Made by a program: the position numbers and the translations under genes | Assembly: GCA_030141605.1 (NCBI GenBank) | Contig: JAQGDQ010000894.1 | Span: 1-64,000, forward strand | Direction of reading: 5' to 3' | DNA length: 64,000 nt | Source of the DNA: Tubiluchus corallicola | Lineage: Eukaryota; Animalia; Priapulida | Shown here: piece after piece, positions 25,527-39,674 of the stretch | Layout of the letters: each line of letters opens with the position of its first letter | Numbering within the stretch: the stretch's first letter is position 1 | The notes under the pieces: model-generated | The model's input: only the letters and a program-made list of their open reading frames with translations | Told to the model about the DNA's origin: nothing | Databases searched by the model: none

Positions 25527-26287
25527 TAGGCCTAATTTGCAATTATGACTTCAACTACTCGTTGTCTGAGTCAGCAGCCATCACGAAGAGCAAAATGCCA
25601 CGGTGGTGTTACAGAATTTTGTGTGTCACTGTGTTGATATAGTTTCTATTTTTTTAGAGTTTTCAATCTTTGCCTTTGTTTCCGCTGTGTCAAACCACCA
25701 TGACTTAAAAACCACTAAAACTAAACTAAACTACTATTCTGCCGTGAAATGTTTTAACTTGCACATGCTGTGGTATGTATTACTGACCAACACTACTGCA
25801 TTACTTTACTGGAGCAGGATTTAAGATAATTAAAGAAGTAAAGCGTTAGGATGCCCTTAATTTACAAAAATCTTTACCACATTAAATTACTGAATATCGT
25901 TTTCAATTGATTGTTTTATTGATAGCTTTGCGTGCAATCAATATTAATATAAGTTAATTATTTATGAGTGCTTATAATGAGAACGTGTGTGTGTGAGTAA
26001 AATGAGAGAAATTGTGCAGTAATTATTTAATGCACTTCTGTATGTAATAGTCCAAATGTATTTTTAGTATATATAGCAAATGTTTATGGTGTGTATTAAA
26101 AATAAAATATTGACGTTGGATTAGGAACACTGTTTTGTGTTTTGAACATATGCTGATCAATATTTTAGTTTTTTAAAAGAATGCTGAAACATAGTCATCT
26201 ATTCTGAGAGATCGTATTAGACCAGAAAATTTACAGAACGTTCAAACAAAACCGTCACTCTAAGAAAAACACGTGCGTTTATTTCAG

Positions 26288-26788
26288 AATTTTTGTACTG
26301 ACCCATATTAAGCAAAAAACAAAATGGCCGGCGTCAAATGCATAATTCTGTACTGAGCCATATTAAGAAAAGAAAAAAATGGCCGCCGTCAAATGCATAA
26401 TGCTGTACTGAGCCATATTAAGAAAAGAAAAAAATGGCCGCCGTCAAATGCATAATTTTTGTACTAAGCCATATTAAGCAAAGAAACAAATGGCCGCCGT
26501 CAAATGCATAATTTTTGTACTGAGCCATATTAAGCCAAGAACAAAATGGCGGCCGTCAAATGCATAATTTTTGTACTGAGCCATATTAAGCCAAGAACAA
26601 AATGGCGGCCGTCAAATTCATAATTTTTGTACTGAGCCATATTAAGCAAAGAACAAAATGGCGGCCGTCAAATGCATAATTTTTGTACTGAGCCATATTA
26701 AGCAAAGAACAAACGAAAATGGCCGCAGTCAAATGCATAATTTTTGTACTGAGCCATATTAAGCAAAGAACAAATGGCGGCCGTCAAA
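26288..26788. repeat. ~59-bp minisatellite, ~8 copies
   Basis: Unit tgtactgagccatattaagcaaagaacaaaatggcggccgtcaaatgcataatttt. Confidence 0.93.
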
Positions 26789-28764
26789 TAAAATGATTTC
26801 AAGATTTCAGTGATCGAGAAACTAATTATTTTTGGTTAGCCATATTTTGTTTTGTTTTTTGATTGATGGTTTCATTTTTGAAATCGGAGCCACCCGGAAG
26901 AGGTGGTGGTGATGGGGGTCAGAAAAGCTCAACAAATAGCCATTTTTCGCGGTTTGACTGGGACGGTGCCAGTAACAGTTGGATAGCCCATGGGCATAAT
27001 AGAGGGGTATTTAGATTTCGCGTCAGGCATCCCTTCGGCTTCCCGCAACGGTTTCCCAGACCTAACCACTTGATTTTTTTTGAGATTTTGTTCGAACAAC
27101 ATTTAAAACCATGTAGGTCTGCAATATAATGGATAAACTTCATCACTGGATGTGCCTAAATAAGAGTGTTTGTAATTTCAAAAAGTTTTTACAGGGTTCA
27201 CTAATCTGTTGCCATTTACTCAGTTTTCACGTTTTCATTGTTGCTATCATCATCCATCATCATCATCATCACCAAGGCAGTGGTGGCTATGGCGTGGTGT
27301 GAGTGGTACGATGTGGGTGGCGTAGTGGGTGTAGCGTGGTGAGATGTGGGTGATGTTGATATAGTGCGAGTGAGGAGTGGTGTGGTGTGACGATGTAATA
27401 TCCAGAATTTGTACAGTACATTAACAACACTGTATTTGAATTACAAGCTATTGGCAAGCATTTGGGGAAGAAGTTCTATTGCCTTTCGTTTTGTGCTTTT
27501 TTTATTTAACATTTTATTTAATACAAAACATACTTTTCAAATGATAAAAACCAAGATATTTAAAAAACATAAACAAATACGAGCACTAACCGACTGTCAA
27601 TGAATGCAATTAGTTGTAATCAGTAAATATACAATGACTACACTCTAGCAAATTTGGTTGTTCTGTAAATCATTAGAATACGTGTTTCAAAGATAAGCAA
27701 TTATCTTCAACTTTTTCTTGTATGCCAAGGTTGGCAACTGCATACGTCTCTCCCCCTTATACATATATTTAATACAGATCACTGTATGATTAAATTTCAG
27801 TGTTTGTAATTTGCTTCGAGTATACCAAACATAAAATTTTACTATTAAAATGGTCTTATTTAAACATAGGAAATTTTAAATGGAAACTTTGCAAAATTAC
27901 AACAGACTTACCAATTTCTAATACATTACTTGTACTTTGCACCCATCATTGTTTGAAATGTTCCCATATGAGTTTTACTTTATCACAATCCCACAGAATA
28001 TGTAATATGGTTTCTGTTTCTGAATTCTGCTTTCGTTTTGTGCTTTACTTCGGCAGGACAATTCAAATTTGTACAACACATGCAAATTGCTGACAGAAGT
28101 TAGAAGTTATGTAATAAAATGTTGCAGGCTCTGTATCTGTTTACAACATAACTTTATGGAAAACATCAATTTTTTGCCATTTAATAAGTACTTTTATTCT
28201 TAGCAAAACAAATGGTTATCTCTCATTCGTCTTTCAAATATGTTACTCAAACATATTCTAGCATTTACAGGTCATTGCTGGATCTAAATTCACGTAAAGG
28301 GAAAATAAGAAACTCATATTTCAAAATTCAAATGCATCGTATAATTTTGAAAAAATCATATATAAGTCTTGTTAAGAGGCATACATGTGTTCAATTGACA
28401 AAATACAATGTCAGCAAAATAAATTCATCGGTGTTGGGAAACAAAAAAATGCATTACAAAACTTACATGTATTTAGTATGTATACTTAGGAAAAAATAAC
28501 TAACAGTTATACATGAATACAGGCCAACCAGCATAAATTTGTCAAAAATATAACAAAGAGACAACAACATTACAAGCTAAAACTGTATTTACAAAAAAGA
28601 TCCTTGTTGTTGAGTTTCAGAATATTATAATTTGTGCAACATTTTTATGGACCACAAATAATCACCCAGTCTCTAAAACAGGTCATTCAGATTTAAACAA
28701 GACTAAGAAGGAGTGTTTTTTGTTTTTGTGATTTGCAAGTCTTTTGGATAATAGTGATCTTGAA

Positions 28765-31700
28765 GGTTTTTTGACAGTTTTTTGGCTTTTGCATATTTTT
28801 TTTGGTAGTTATCTTGTTTTTACAATTTTTTGTGTTTGTCTGGATTTTACGGATTTTCTTGTATTTTTTCAGATTTTACGGTTTTTCTCGTTTTCTGGAT
28901 TTTACAGATTTTTTGGCAGTTTTGTAGATTTCACGGATTTTTTTGGTAGAATTTTAAAGAATTTACGGATTTTTTTGTTAATTTTTTTAAGATTTTACCG
29001 ATTTTTTTAGAGTTTTCTAGATTTTACGGATTTTTTAGTAGTTTTTTTAAGATTTTACGGATTTTCTTTAACAGTTTTCTGGATTTTACGGATTTTTTGG
29101 CAGTTTTGTAGATTTTACGGATTTTTATTTGGTAGGTTTTTAAAGAGTTTACGGATTTTTTTGTTAATTTTTTTAAGATTTTACGGATTTTTTTTAGAGT
29201 TTTGTAGATTTTACGGATTTTTTTTGCTAGTTTTTTTAAGATTTTACGGATTATTTTGGTAGTTTTTTAAGATTTTACGGATTTTTTAACAGTTATCTGA
29301 TTTTACAGATTTTTTTGGTCGATTTTTAAAAAGTTTACGGATTTTTTTTTAGAGTTTTCTAGATTTTACGGATATTTTTCGGTAGCTTTTTAAGATTTTA
29401 CGGATTTTTTTGCTGGTTTTTTTAAGATTTTACGGATTTTTTTAACAGTTTTCTGGATTTTATGGATTTTTGTAACAATTTTCTAGATTTTACAGATTTT
29501 TTTGGAGTTTTCTACATTTTACGGATTTTTTTGTAGTTTTTTAAGATTTTACGGATTTTTTTGGGAGATTTTTAAAGAGTACGGATTTTTTTGGTAGCTT
29601 TTTAAGATTTTACGATTTTTTTAACAGTTTTCTCTATTTTACAGATTTTTTAACAGTTATCTGATTTTACGGATTTTTTGGGTTGCTTTTTAAGATTTTA
29701 CGGATTTTTTTAACAGTTTTCTGGATTTTACGGATTTTTGTAACAATTTTCTAGATTTTACAGATTTTTTAAGAGTTTTCTGGATTTTACGGATTTTTTT
29801 TGGTAGTTTTGTAGATTTTACGGAATTTTTTGGGTAGGTTTTTAAAGAGTTTACGGATTTTTTTAGAGTTTTCTGGATTTTATGGATTTTTTTTGGTAGT
29901 TTTTTTAAGATTTTAGGGATTTTTTTAACAGTTTTCTGGATTTTACGGATTTTTTGGCGGTTTTGTAGATTTTACGGATTTTTTTGGGAGATTTTTAAAG
30001 AGTTTACGGATTTTTTTGTTAGTTTTTTTAAGATTTTACGATTTTTTAAACAGTTTTCTCTATTTTACAGATTTTTTTAACAGTTATCTGATTTTACGGA
30101 TTTTTTTGGGTTGCTTTTTAAGATTTTACGGATTTTTTTGCTAATTTTTTTAAGATTTTACGGATTTTTTTAACAGTTTTCTGGATTTTACGGATTTTTG
30201 TAACAATTTTCTAGATTTTACAGATTTTTTTTGAGTTTTCTACATTTTACGGATTTTTTTGGCAGTTTTGTAGATTTTACGGATTTTTTTGGGAGATTTT
30301 TAAAGAGATTACGGATTTTTTTGTTAGTTTTTTTAAGATTTTATGATTTTTTTAACAGTTTTCTCTATTTTACAGATTTTTTTAACAGTTATCTGATTTT
30401 ACGGATTTTTTTGGGTAGATTTTCAAAGAGTTTACGGATTTTTTTAGAGTTTTCCATATTTTACGGATTTTTTTAGTAGTTTTTTAAATTTTACGGATTC
30501 TTTTGGTAGTTTTCTGAATTTTACGGATTTTTTTGGTAGTTTTCTAGATTTCACGGATTTTTTTGGTAGTTTTTTAAGACAGTACGGATTTTTTGGAAAG
30601 TTTTTGAGATTTTATAACAGATTTTTTTAACAGTTATCTGATTTTACGTATTTTTTTGGTAGATTTTTAAAGAGCTTACGGATTTTTTGGAGATTTCTAG
30701 ATTTTACAGATTTTTTTAACAGTTATCTGGATATTACGGATTTTTTTGGTAGATTTTCTAGATTTTACGGATTTTTTTGTTAGTTTTTTAAGAGTTTACA
30801 GATTTTTTCTTAGTTTTTTTAAGAGTTTACGGATTTTTTTGGTAGATTTTTAAAGAGTTTACGGATTTTTTTTTAGAGTTCTCTAGATATTACGGATTTT
30901 TTTAACAGTTTTCTGAATTTTACGGATTTTTTGGTAGTTTTTTAAAGGGTTTCCGGATTTTTTTAGAGTTTTCTGGATTTTACGGATTTTTTTAGTATAT
31001 TTTTAAAGAGTTTACGGATTTTTTTAGAGTTTTCTAGATTTTACGGATCTTTTAACAGTTTTCTGAATTATACGGATTTGTTTTGGTAGTTTTCTAGATG
31101 TTATGGATTTTTTTGGTAGTTTTTTAATATTTTTAAGGATTTTTTTGATAGATTTTTAAAGAGTTTACGGATTTTTTTACAGTTCTCAAGATATTACGGA
31201 TTTTTTTAACAGTTTTCTGAATTTTACGGATTTCTTTGGTAGTTTTCTAGATTTTACGGATTTTTTTGGTAGTTCTTTAAAGGGTTTACGGATTTTTTTA
31301 GAGTTTTCTAGATTTTACAGATTTTTTGGTAGTTTTTTAAGATTTTACGTTTTTTTGGAGATTTCTAGATTTTACGGATTTTTTTAACAGTTATCTGATT
31401 TTACGGATTTTTTTTAGAGTTTTCTAGATTTTGTGGATTTTTTTAACAGTTTTCTGAGATAAGGATTTTTTTTGGTAGTTTTCTAGATGTTATGGATTTT
31501 TTTGGTAGCTTTTTAAAATTTTAAGGATTTTTTTAACAGTTTTCTGGATTTACGGATTTTTGTAACAATTTTCTAGATTTTACAGATTTTTTTGGAGTTT
31601 TCTACATTTTACTGTAGATTTTACTGTAGATTTTACTGTAACATCTTGGAACAGTTTCAATTGTTAATAAGCAATGTAGAGCCTTATTGAGCAAACAAGA

Positions 31701-31830
31701 CCTTAGAAGCTTTTTTGAAGGTTTTTATGGAATTCTTGATAGTTTTCCGGATTTTATGGATTTTTTTTGTAGTTTTCTGGATTTTGCAGGGCTTTTTTAC
31801 AACAAAACTACCAAAAAAGTTTTCTGAGAT
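28765..31830. repeat. ~3-kb T-rich satellite/minisatellite built on a gattttacggattttttt core
   Basis: Many degenerate copies of (ct/aa)gattttacggatttttt(t)n(ggt/aac)agtttt. Confidence 0.95.
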
Positions 31831-32943
31831 TTGCAGCTTCTTTTGTACTTTTCGTGATTTGATGTACTTTTTTGGGGATAGCAAAGATGTTCAGATTTCT
31901 GGTATTAGAAAAAACTTATTGGACTAAATTACGACATCACCCAATAGGTCTTCAGCCCATTAATCTGAATCATTATATTGACTCTCTAACATCAGGTCAA
32001 TATATTTTACAGAATGGAATTGGGAGATATGGACGTTACGTCGTTAAAGTAAACTTTTAAATTAAAATCCATGACATGGGACAATTTTAACGACATTAGC
32101 TGCTTTCCTTCCACGCTCAACAATTTAAAATAAATGCCTAAAAATTGTTCGGCGTGGAACGAAAGCAGCTAATGTCGTTGTAATGAGACAATAACTTTGT
32201 AATATTAAGCGCTCACGTTGACAAAGAATATGGGATTGCTGGAAAACTTGCGATATTATAAATACGCATTGGCAATGACAAGCTGGCAGTAGTTCAGTGT
32301 GTATTAAGTACAAAATGGGGGCAAAATTATTTTATTGGTCATTTTGGTGTGGGGCAACACACCATGCAAGTGAGCCAGGCAAAAACTTCTTGGGTGTAAG
32401 AATGGCATCAAGTTTGTCAGTGGCAATTTTTAAGTATTACTTACTTATAAAGTAAAAAATTACTGTGACACACAGCGCACTGTGAGTCGGATTAAGCATA
32501 ATTTTGTTTTACTAATACGTTGTAATTTTTCTGTGACTTCTAATACATTACCGCTAGGTAAATCTGAATGAGTCCCTGTATTTTGGCAAACGCAGGATAT
32601 AAATATAGAGCTATCATGCATGTGGGATCAAATTTTGTTACCCATTTTTGGTTCTCGGTGAACAAATTGCACAAATTACAACAATTTTTTGAACAGGGGG
32701 GTCATTCTAGTTGTTATTCTCTTTATCTAACAGTTTGAACACGATTGAGCAAGGTTATGAAATTTTTACTGTAGATTTTACTGTAGAATGTAATATCTTG
32801 GAACAGTTTCAATTGTTAATAAGCAATGAAGAGCCTTATTGAGTAAATAAGACCTTAGTGTTGCTCGATGGCCTTTTTGAAGGTCACCATGAACGATACC
32901 ATGAAAATCTTCTTCTGTCAGGAATACTTCTGACCGTGATGTC

Positions 32944-33203
32944 CAGAGCCTATTTCAGCCTAAGCGAAGCCCCGGGGAAGTGGGGCGTGTGAGGCCTCAT
33001 GGAGGGGGGGCGGTCGCCACCATGGTTGGCGCCCAGAAAATTTTTGAACTGCTAGAACGCCGGAGAAGCATCTTCGAAGAGAAAATATGGAGTTATACAG
33101 TATGTTCGCATAAAGCAAAAAAAAATAATGTTACCTCGATGTGAAGCCCCGCTGGAGGGTGAGGCCCCGGGGAAGTATCCCCCCCCCCCTGAAACAGGCC
33201 TTG
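32944..33203. mobile_element. hAT-like MITE, 260 bp
   Basis: TIRs cagagcctatttcag / ctgaaacaggccttg; 8-bp TSD gtgatgtc / gtgatgcc (7/8 match). Confidence 0.8.
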
Positions 33204-33418
33204 GTGATGCCAGAAGTACTGAGGCTTAGTTTGACGCTTATAAATCTGACCATGAGCTTTAATTACATAATTGTATAAAGCATATTAGCGTAATTGTAAC
33301 AAACTTTAAGATTCTAGTTTGTCTTATGACAGACCAGTGTCACAGATGAGTAGGCCTACTATCCCTGCCACATCTTTATAATGTGACTGGACGCCATTAC
33401 ATTTTCTGATACCAATCC

Positions 33419-33698
33419 TTACATTCTCAAAACAATGGCTTAATCATTACATTCTCAAAACAATGGCTTAATCATTACATTCTCAAAACAATGGCTTAAT
33501 CATTACATTCTCAAAACAATGGCTTAATCATTACCTTCTCAAAACAATGGCTTAATCATTACATTCTCAAAACAATGGCTTAATCATTACATTCTTAAAA
33601 CAATGGCTTAATCATCACATTCTCAAAACAATGGCTTAATCATCACATTCTCAAAACAATGGCTTAATCATTACATTCTCAAAACAATGGCTTAATCA
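33419..33698. repeat. 28-bp tandem repeat, 10 copies
   Basis: Unit ttacattctcaaaacaatggcttaatca. Confidence 0.95.
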
Positions 33699-34569
33699 CA
33701 TCCTGGTAATCGGCTTTGAACGGCGCCGTGAGCCAAAACTTCAGCATGATTCCTGGCGACGACGATTAGTGAATTCTAGTCTGCATGTTGTTTCATTTGT
33801 AATAAGAGGTTTCTCTAAAACCACACAGTTTTGGTTTGGTGTTCATCGTTGTTACAGTAAAGTTATGCAGTGAAGTCTCCAATTTCTCATCTTTTTGTGA
33901 AACTTTGCAATACAGTTAAGCCTTGTTGCAGCGTCTCAGTTCTACATCTGAGAGAGAAATGATGATTTTTGTTACCAGTTGATTCAAACTTGGGCTGATT
34001 TGATAAAAGGCTTTTAACGTCATCAACTGTATATAGGGTGTCCAGAAAGTTCCGGCGAGTCACGCGGAACGAGTCTGTTCATTAAATTGCTTTTAGGCCG
34101 ATTAGTTGAAGCCAGGGATCGGCTAAATCTCTACCTCTTCTCTTACACCTGCATGCAACATCATTCTTATGCTAGCTCTGCAAATTTTGAAATATTTTTG
34201 CAGTTTTGAAATAATATACCTTCCTTTTCATTTTGCAAACCTTTCAAGCGGAGATTTCTTCAGATATCGGGACCACTTCACGCTGACTATTGGTTTCGGT
34301 TCTCTGCATCTGATCACGCTATGGGTTTCTCAAGACGCTGTAATCAGTTTCTCTCACAATCCTGTCCAAATCAAAATAAATTATGTCTAGGCTATAAAAA
34401 TGTAAATTCTATGATGAACCAAAGCCTCCAGCGTTTGGCGTTCACTTGGTAGTGAATTAATTAACAACAAAGCATCTGGCACGCAATCTGTTATACATAT
34501 ATATATATGCTGAGGATATGTATATCCTATATAGCAATAGCTAGGATATATATATATATATATATATAT

Positions 34570-36828
34570 ACCTCGGGTATAAGGTACTCGCTTATAAGGG
34601 ATATTCCCTTATAAGGGACCACCAATACCGGTCGCGATTTTTCGTAACGGTTTCCCTTATGAAAAATCTTCGTATATAAGGTGCTCGGATGTAAGGGACG
34701 ATATCTTTAGGTCCCGCGTAATACAAACCCAGGCAAATTAAATTGTCTCGCATAAGAACCCTATGATCAAAGCGAAATTGATCGATTTTTAACCTCAATT
34801 TTTCGCAAACTCGGCCTTCAAACAGCTCGGTTTCCGCGGTCACATACATCTCGCATCACTTATGGAGCTTCCTACATACCGTTTGCACTGAATGTGTAGC
34901 AATAATCCATAAAAATTTTAGTAAAAGTACAGAAAAGTACAGGTCTAGAGATACACCCTCGGTCTGACACAACTTCGGTTATAATCGGCGGGACGATTTT
35001 TCCGGTCCGGAAGTGTCACTTGTTTTGACACTCCATAACATGCTTGGGCATTCTCAAAATTCAGGATTTCACACTTTGCCTGTAACATATATATGTAACA
35101 TACCAGGATAGTTACAAAAAAAGCAAGTCCTTTTTTAAAATGCCATGCAACTGACAATTTCTGTCCAAATTGTAAATAAATTTAGCATCACAAGACAAAA
35201 ACATTTTGCCACTTACCCACTGATATTTTATTAAGAAAGCTTGATAAATAAACATGTTATGTTTGCTACAACACGTGAGCATTCTGGACACAGGTAATCT
35301 GAACCAAATGAGCATTGGTATTTACGGTACAAACACATTCCCTAAAATACAATTCGCATGCCATCGAACCTGTCATCGTTGCCATCGAACCTGTAAAAAT
35401 GAAAAAAAAACACAATATACAATAGGTAATGAAAACAAATCAAAATTATTAATAAATTATAAATTAGGTGCTACACGATGAAGTGAGTCTCCTATGAATG
35501 CCTCAACTAGGGCTACGAGTTTGTATGGGAGAACGTTTTTTCTGGTCGACCTGTATATTAGACAACGTTTTCTAAGCACCCTGTGTGTAATTTCTTTACT
35601 TTCAGATGTCATTCTAGCAAACAAGTACGATTAGTTTTGATTACCCGTGTGTGAATTTCTAAACTGTACACTGTTACAAGCCAAAAATGAAAATGCCACA
35701 CAAAGTCCTCATCACGTTCTGTTAAAGTACAAGAAAACCCTTCATAAACATAAAGCTTGAAAAATTCGTTTTGAAATTTTATATCGCTTACATACTGCCT
35801 TTTTGTGTACAGGACTTCAATCGGCAGTCACGCTGTATAAAACGTGTAAATTTAAACTCCCGCGATGACCGTTAGATGCAGCCATTTTTACGACAGGTCA
35901 TTTGAAACAAGTTTAGATAACATTATCGTTAGTTTAGGTTTTAGAGGCATGTGGAAAAAATGAATTATTTGTCAGTCGCTTAAAATTCGTCATGTTTATT
36001 GAGACTTTATTAGCCATAACTGCATCGCGCTGTATTATAAGATGCCTTGCAGTCAACCTCGGATATAAGGGACACTTCGGGACCGGAAAAAACCGTCCCA
36101 TATATCCGACGTCCCTTATAGCCGAAGTTGAGTCAGGCTGAGGGTGTATTTAGGACCTGCGAGCTCTGTATACTTTATCTGGTAGCCTAATGTCCAATGA
36201 ACCGTTTGTCGCAATGTATGTAATATACCGATTTAATGCAAACACATCCAATCGTCTTGAACTGTACACAAAAATAGATGTTTATTTAAACTCAAACTGT
36301 GCTAATAATATTTATGCAAATATTTATAACTAAAATCACCGCAAATCATTCGAAACACAATGGCACTGTACTACGATCACCGAGGAAAAAAATTACCCGG
36401 AAGTTTTTTTCCCGAAAGTTTAGTTTTCGCCATTCTTGTTTATCAGTTCATCGGCCAATCACCACCTGCCGCATAATTTATACGGGACATTGTGATTGGC
36501 TGAGGTGCGTCACGCGAAATACCAGGTCCAAGAGGATACTACTACAAAGGAATACAGTCGGGCCCGCGCGGGGTCTAGGCATAGGCTTTTTAGGATGTAA
36601 AAAATATTTGATCATAGGGTCCCTTATATGCGAGGTAATTTACTTGGATTTCTATTACGCGGGACCTGAGGGTATCGTCCCTTATAACTGAAAGTCCATT
36701 ATATCCGAGTATCTTATATACGAAGATGTTTACATAGGAAAAACGTTACGAGAAATCGGGCCCGGTGTTGGTGGCCCCTTATAAGCGAGTGTCCCTTATA
36801 AGCGAGTACATTATACCGAGGTTTCCTG
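34570..36828. mobile_element. Non-autonomous pogo/Tigger-like element with long, nested inverted repeats
   Basis: 34570-34770 is the reverse complement of ~36608-36828 (cttataag-rich subrepeats), with an inner inverted pair at ~34945-35015 and 36072-36152. No transposase ORF. Confidence 0.7.
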
Positions 36829-37002
36829 TTAGTTAAAGTAGATGCATGATTAAGTACATAGAGTTCATTCGACCTTTTGTGAGTCTGAGGCTTCTGGTGG
36901 GATAGGGTCTAATGTTGGAGCAATTTACGAGAAATCTTTTGTTTTGTTTTCTGTCTCACCTGTCTCGCAGGACAATGAAGCAGTAAATAAACTTCTCCAT
37001 AT

Positions 37003-37568
37003 CAGAGATGTGCAGGTAGCGGATTTATGAACATGCGATTGCGGAATCCGCATTTTTTGCGTTTGCAGATTGATGATAGGAAATTGGTCGCGTAAATGCG
37101 GATTGCGGATTTTTAATGCCTAAATTGCAGATTTTAGGCAAAATTTCACTGTGTAAAAGCCACGTATGTAAGGTAAATTTTTCAGTTGTTTGCATAAAAA
37201 TTTTACCCAATTTCAATTTGTCTCGATAATTAAGATTTGTGGCTTGGTGTGATGGGTAAGATGTGGTAGAATGTTTTTAATAGATCACGTGGTTTCAGTG
37301 TGAGTTGTCGTTGAGGGTTCACAACAAAATTCCTTTGCCTTCAAAGCTGTCTAGTAATTTTTTATTGATTAGAGATTATACTCCTAGCTTCATACAAAAA
37401 AGTTTTTGAACAATAGGGCATATATAACAAGTCTAGTTTTTGATATTATATTTTTGCGGATCGCGGATGTTCAACTTTACCTAAATCCGCGATTTTCTGG
37501 ATGCGGATATGTACAGCTGCGGATTTTGCAGTGCGAATAAACAGGAAAGTGATGACCGCGCATCTCTG
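37003..37568. mobile_element. hAT-like MITE, 566 bp
   Basis: TIRs cagagatgtgc / gcgcatctctg; 8-bp TSD ctccatat / ctccagat; subterminal gcggat repeats. Confidence 0.82.
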
Positions 37569-38499
37569 CTCCAGATGAAGCTGTCCTACTGACCACCATG
37601 TAGTAACACTTGCATCGCAGCCGTGCTTAATTTCCCGCCAAGTATTACGGCCACTCAGCTTTCATTTTAACAGGACCACATCATAATTTTAGCAAATATC
37701 CAGAAATCAATCTGTATCCAAGGAATAACCAACTTACTCCTGAATTTGAATGTCCCTAAGACTTTTTTAAAGATCATCGCGTCGATTGGCACTCTATAAC
37801 TTGCGACAGACAGTAAGTTAACGTAAAATAACACGAGGTAAGCGTGGTTTATGTTCGAGAAAGCAAGCTCTGCTTAGCTGCAGACACTGTCAGCTGATAT
37901 TGGCAAGGGAAGTATTGGCAAAGAACACGTCATTACTACTTCTCAAACATTTTACATGTATATCAAATGCTTAACAGTTTACCTTTCTTACTGTCTTTTT
38001 GTTCTCTTTGATAGTGATCCGCGTCTGGCTATGAGATCTCATGTGAAGGATTTTCCATGACGCAGTTCTTCGTGTCACAACTGGCTACCATTACAGTTAA
38101 GCTCCTTCCACGAAACATGGGTCAGTATTACTCCTCTGACTTCTAGATTACGTTTTCTGCGTCACAGCCAGTCGCTTGTCTTGACCAGATCTTTTCATCT
38201 CTTTTATTTATAAGAAATTATAAAACTCTAAAGACGCACGACTTTGCTTTGCGTTTGCTTCTATTTGGCGCGTCTAGTTGCTATGTAACCTTTTCGGTTT
38301 CGTCATTTCTTTGTTATGACGCCGTATCCAGGCGCGCATCATAATAAACGTCACCGCAGTCATTTTTCAAATTTGTAACTTTTGTTTTGATAATTTACCT
38401 GCGTACACCGAGCGTTAGGGTCTCATTTTCTGGTACAAATTGTTTTCAGTGCTTTTATGCCGTTATGCAAATTAGCAAGTATTACGCCTAGACCTAGAT

Positions 38500-39078
38500 T
38501 TTTAAATCCGATAAAAATATACATTTTAACACGACTAACACTGCAAGTGCGTTTCTGATAATTAAATAATAGATTAAAAACTTAATTAACGGCGGGCAAG
38601 TCCAACTATTGATGACATCACAGACTCACATAATTTTCAACAGCAAAAATATTCCACGAGCGTGTTTGCGAAAGCGAAAATTGAAGTACAGTGCTGCTGT
38701 AAGATATTCAGTGTGTTGTACTAAAACTAGGCAAGCTCTAAGATAAAAATTCAAATTTCAAATTTACCTCTGTGCTCACGCATGAGCTGTCGAACGTGCG
38801 TACTTCGTCACAAACTAACACATCTGAACTGAGAGGTACAGAACCTGTTTTTGTGCAATGCGTTTCAGAAATGCAGACGTTAGGGCCCGTCTAACTAGCG
38901 AATGTGTCGAAATGCGTGTAACAGCGAAGAACTAGTGGCACGAACGTAAAATTGCGTTTGTGTGGTAACAATTTCACGTATGTCATTTTTGGAAAAAAAT
39001 TAGTGGTTTTCCTTTCAATATTTTAAAGAGTAGATTGTTTTGACTTACAGTTTGAGATTGGGCCCGGTTTTGCATTTA
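38500..39078. mobile_element. Kolobok-like family 1 element, copy upstream of gene B
   Basis: Homologous to 11078-11692 and ends cccggttttgcatttaa. Confidence 0.7.
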
Positions 39079-39674
39079 AAAACAAGAATAATTGGATCTG
39101 CAAATTTTATTGTACATTATATATGCCACCAAACTGATGAGCGATTTTATAGTAGAATATTTAGAAGATGACATGATTTATTGATGTAGTAACCAGAGGC
39201 TTTTTAACTGATGCCTTATGTTTTTAATTTTTGTACATATTTTTGATATATTTGTTTGTAAATTTTCGTCACTTTTTTAATAATGCATGATAGGTAGCAT
39301 TTCTCAGTTTTAGTGTAAATTTTAACTTATTATGGTATTTTTATATGCTGAAATAAACTTTAAATAAATAAAAATATATATTCTTGTCATCGATTTCCTT
39401 AGATTTAGAATAAGAAAACTTTAAAATAATATAAAGGAGTGCTGTGTGGCAAACTGTACTTAAAAACTAAAATACTATGCGTAATTATAGCAATACTACG
39501 CATGACCATCAAGCTTTTTGTATCTGATTATTCAAAATGGCTTCTGCTAAATGTACAGTAACACCAGGCTTGGAGAAAGACTTAGGTCGCTTGAGCACAA
39601 GCAGCTGGTTAAGTGCAGTGGTGTTTCGAGGCTGTGGTGGTGTCCTTCTGAGGTGTTCTTTTTCTTGGTTCAAA

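Noticed and set aside
26288-26788. Regular repeats (also 33419-33698 and 39790-40440) considered as CRISPR-like arrays
   Set aside because: Head-to-tail units without unique spacers, in a eukaryotic context with no cas genes.
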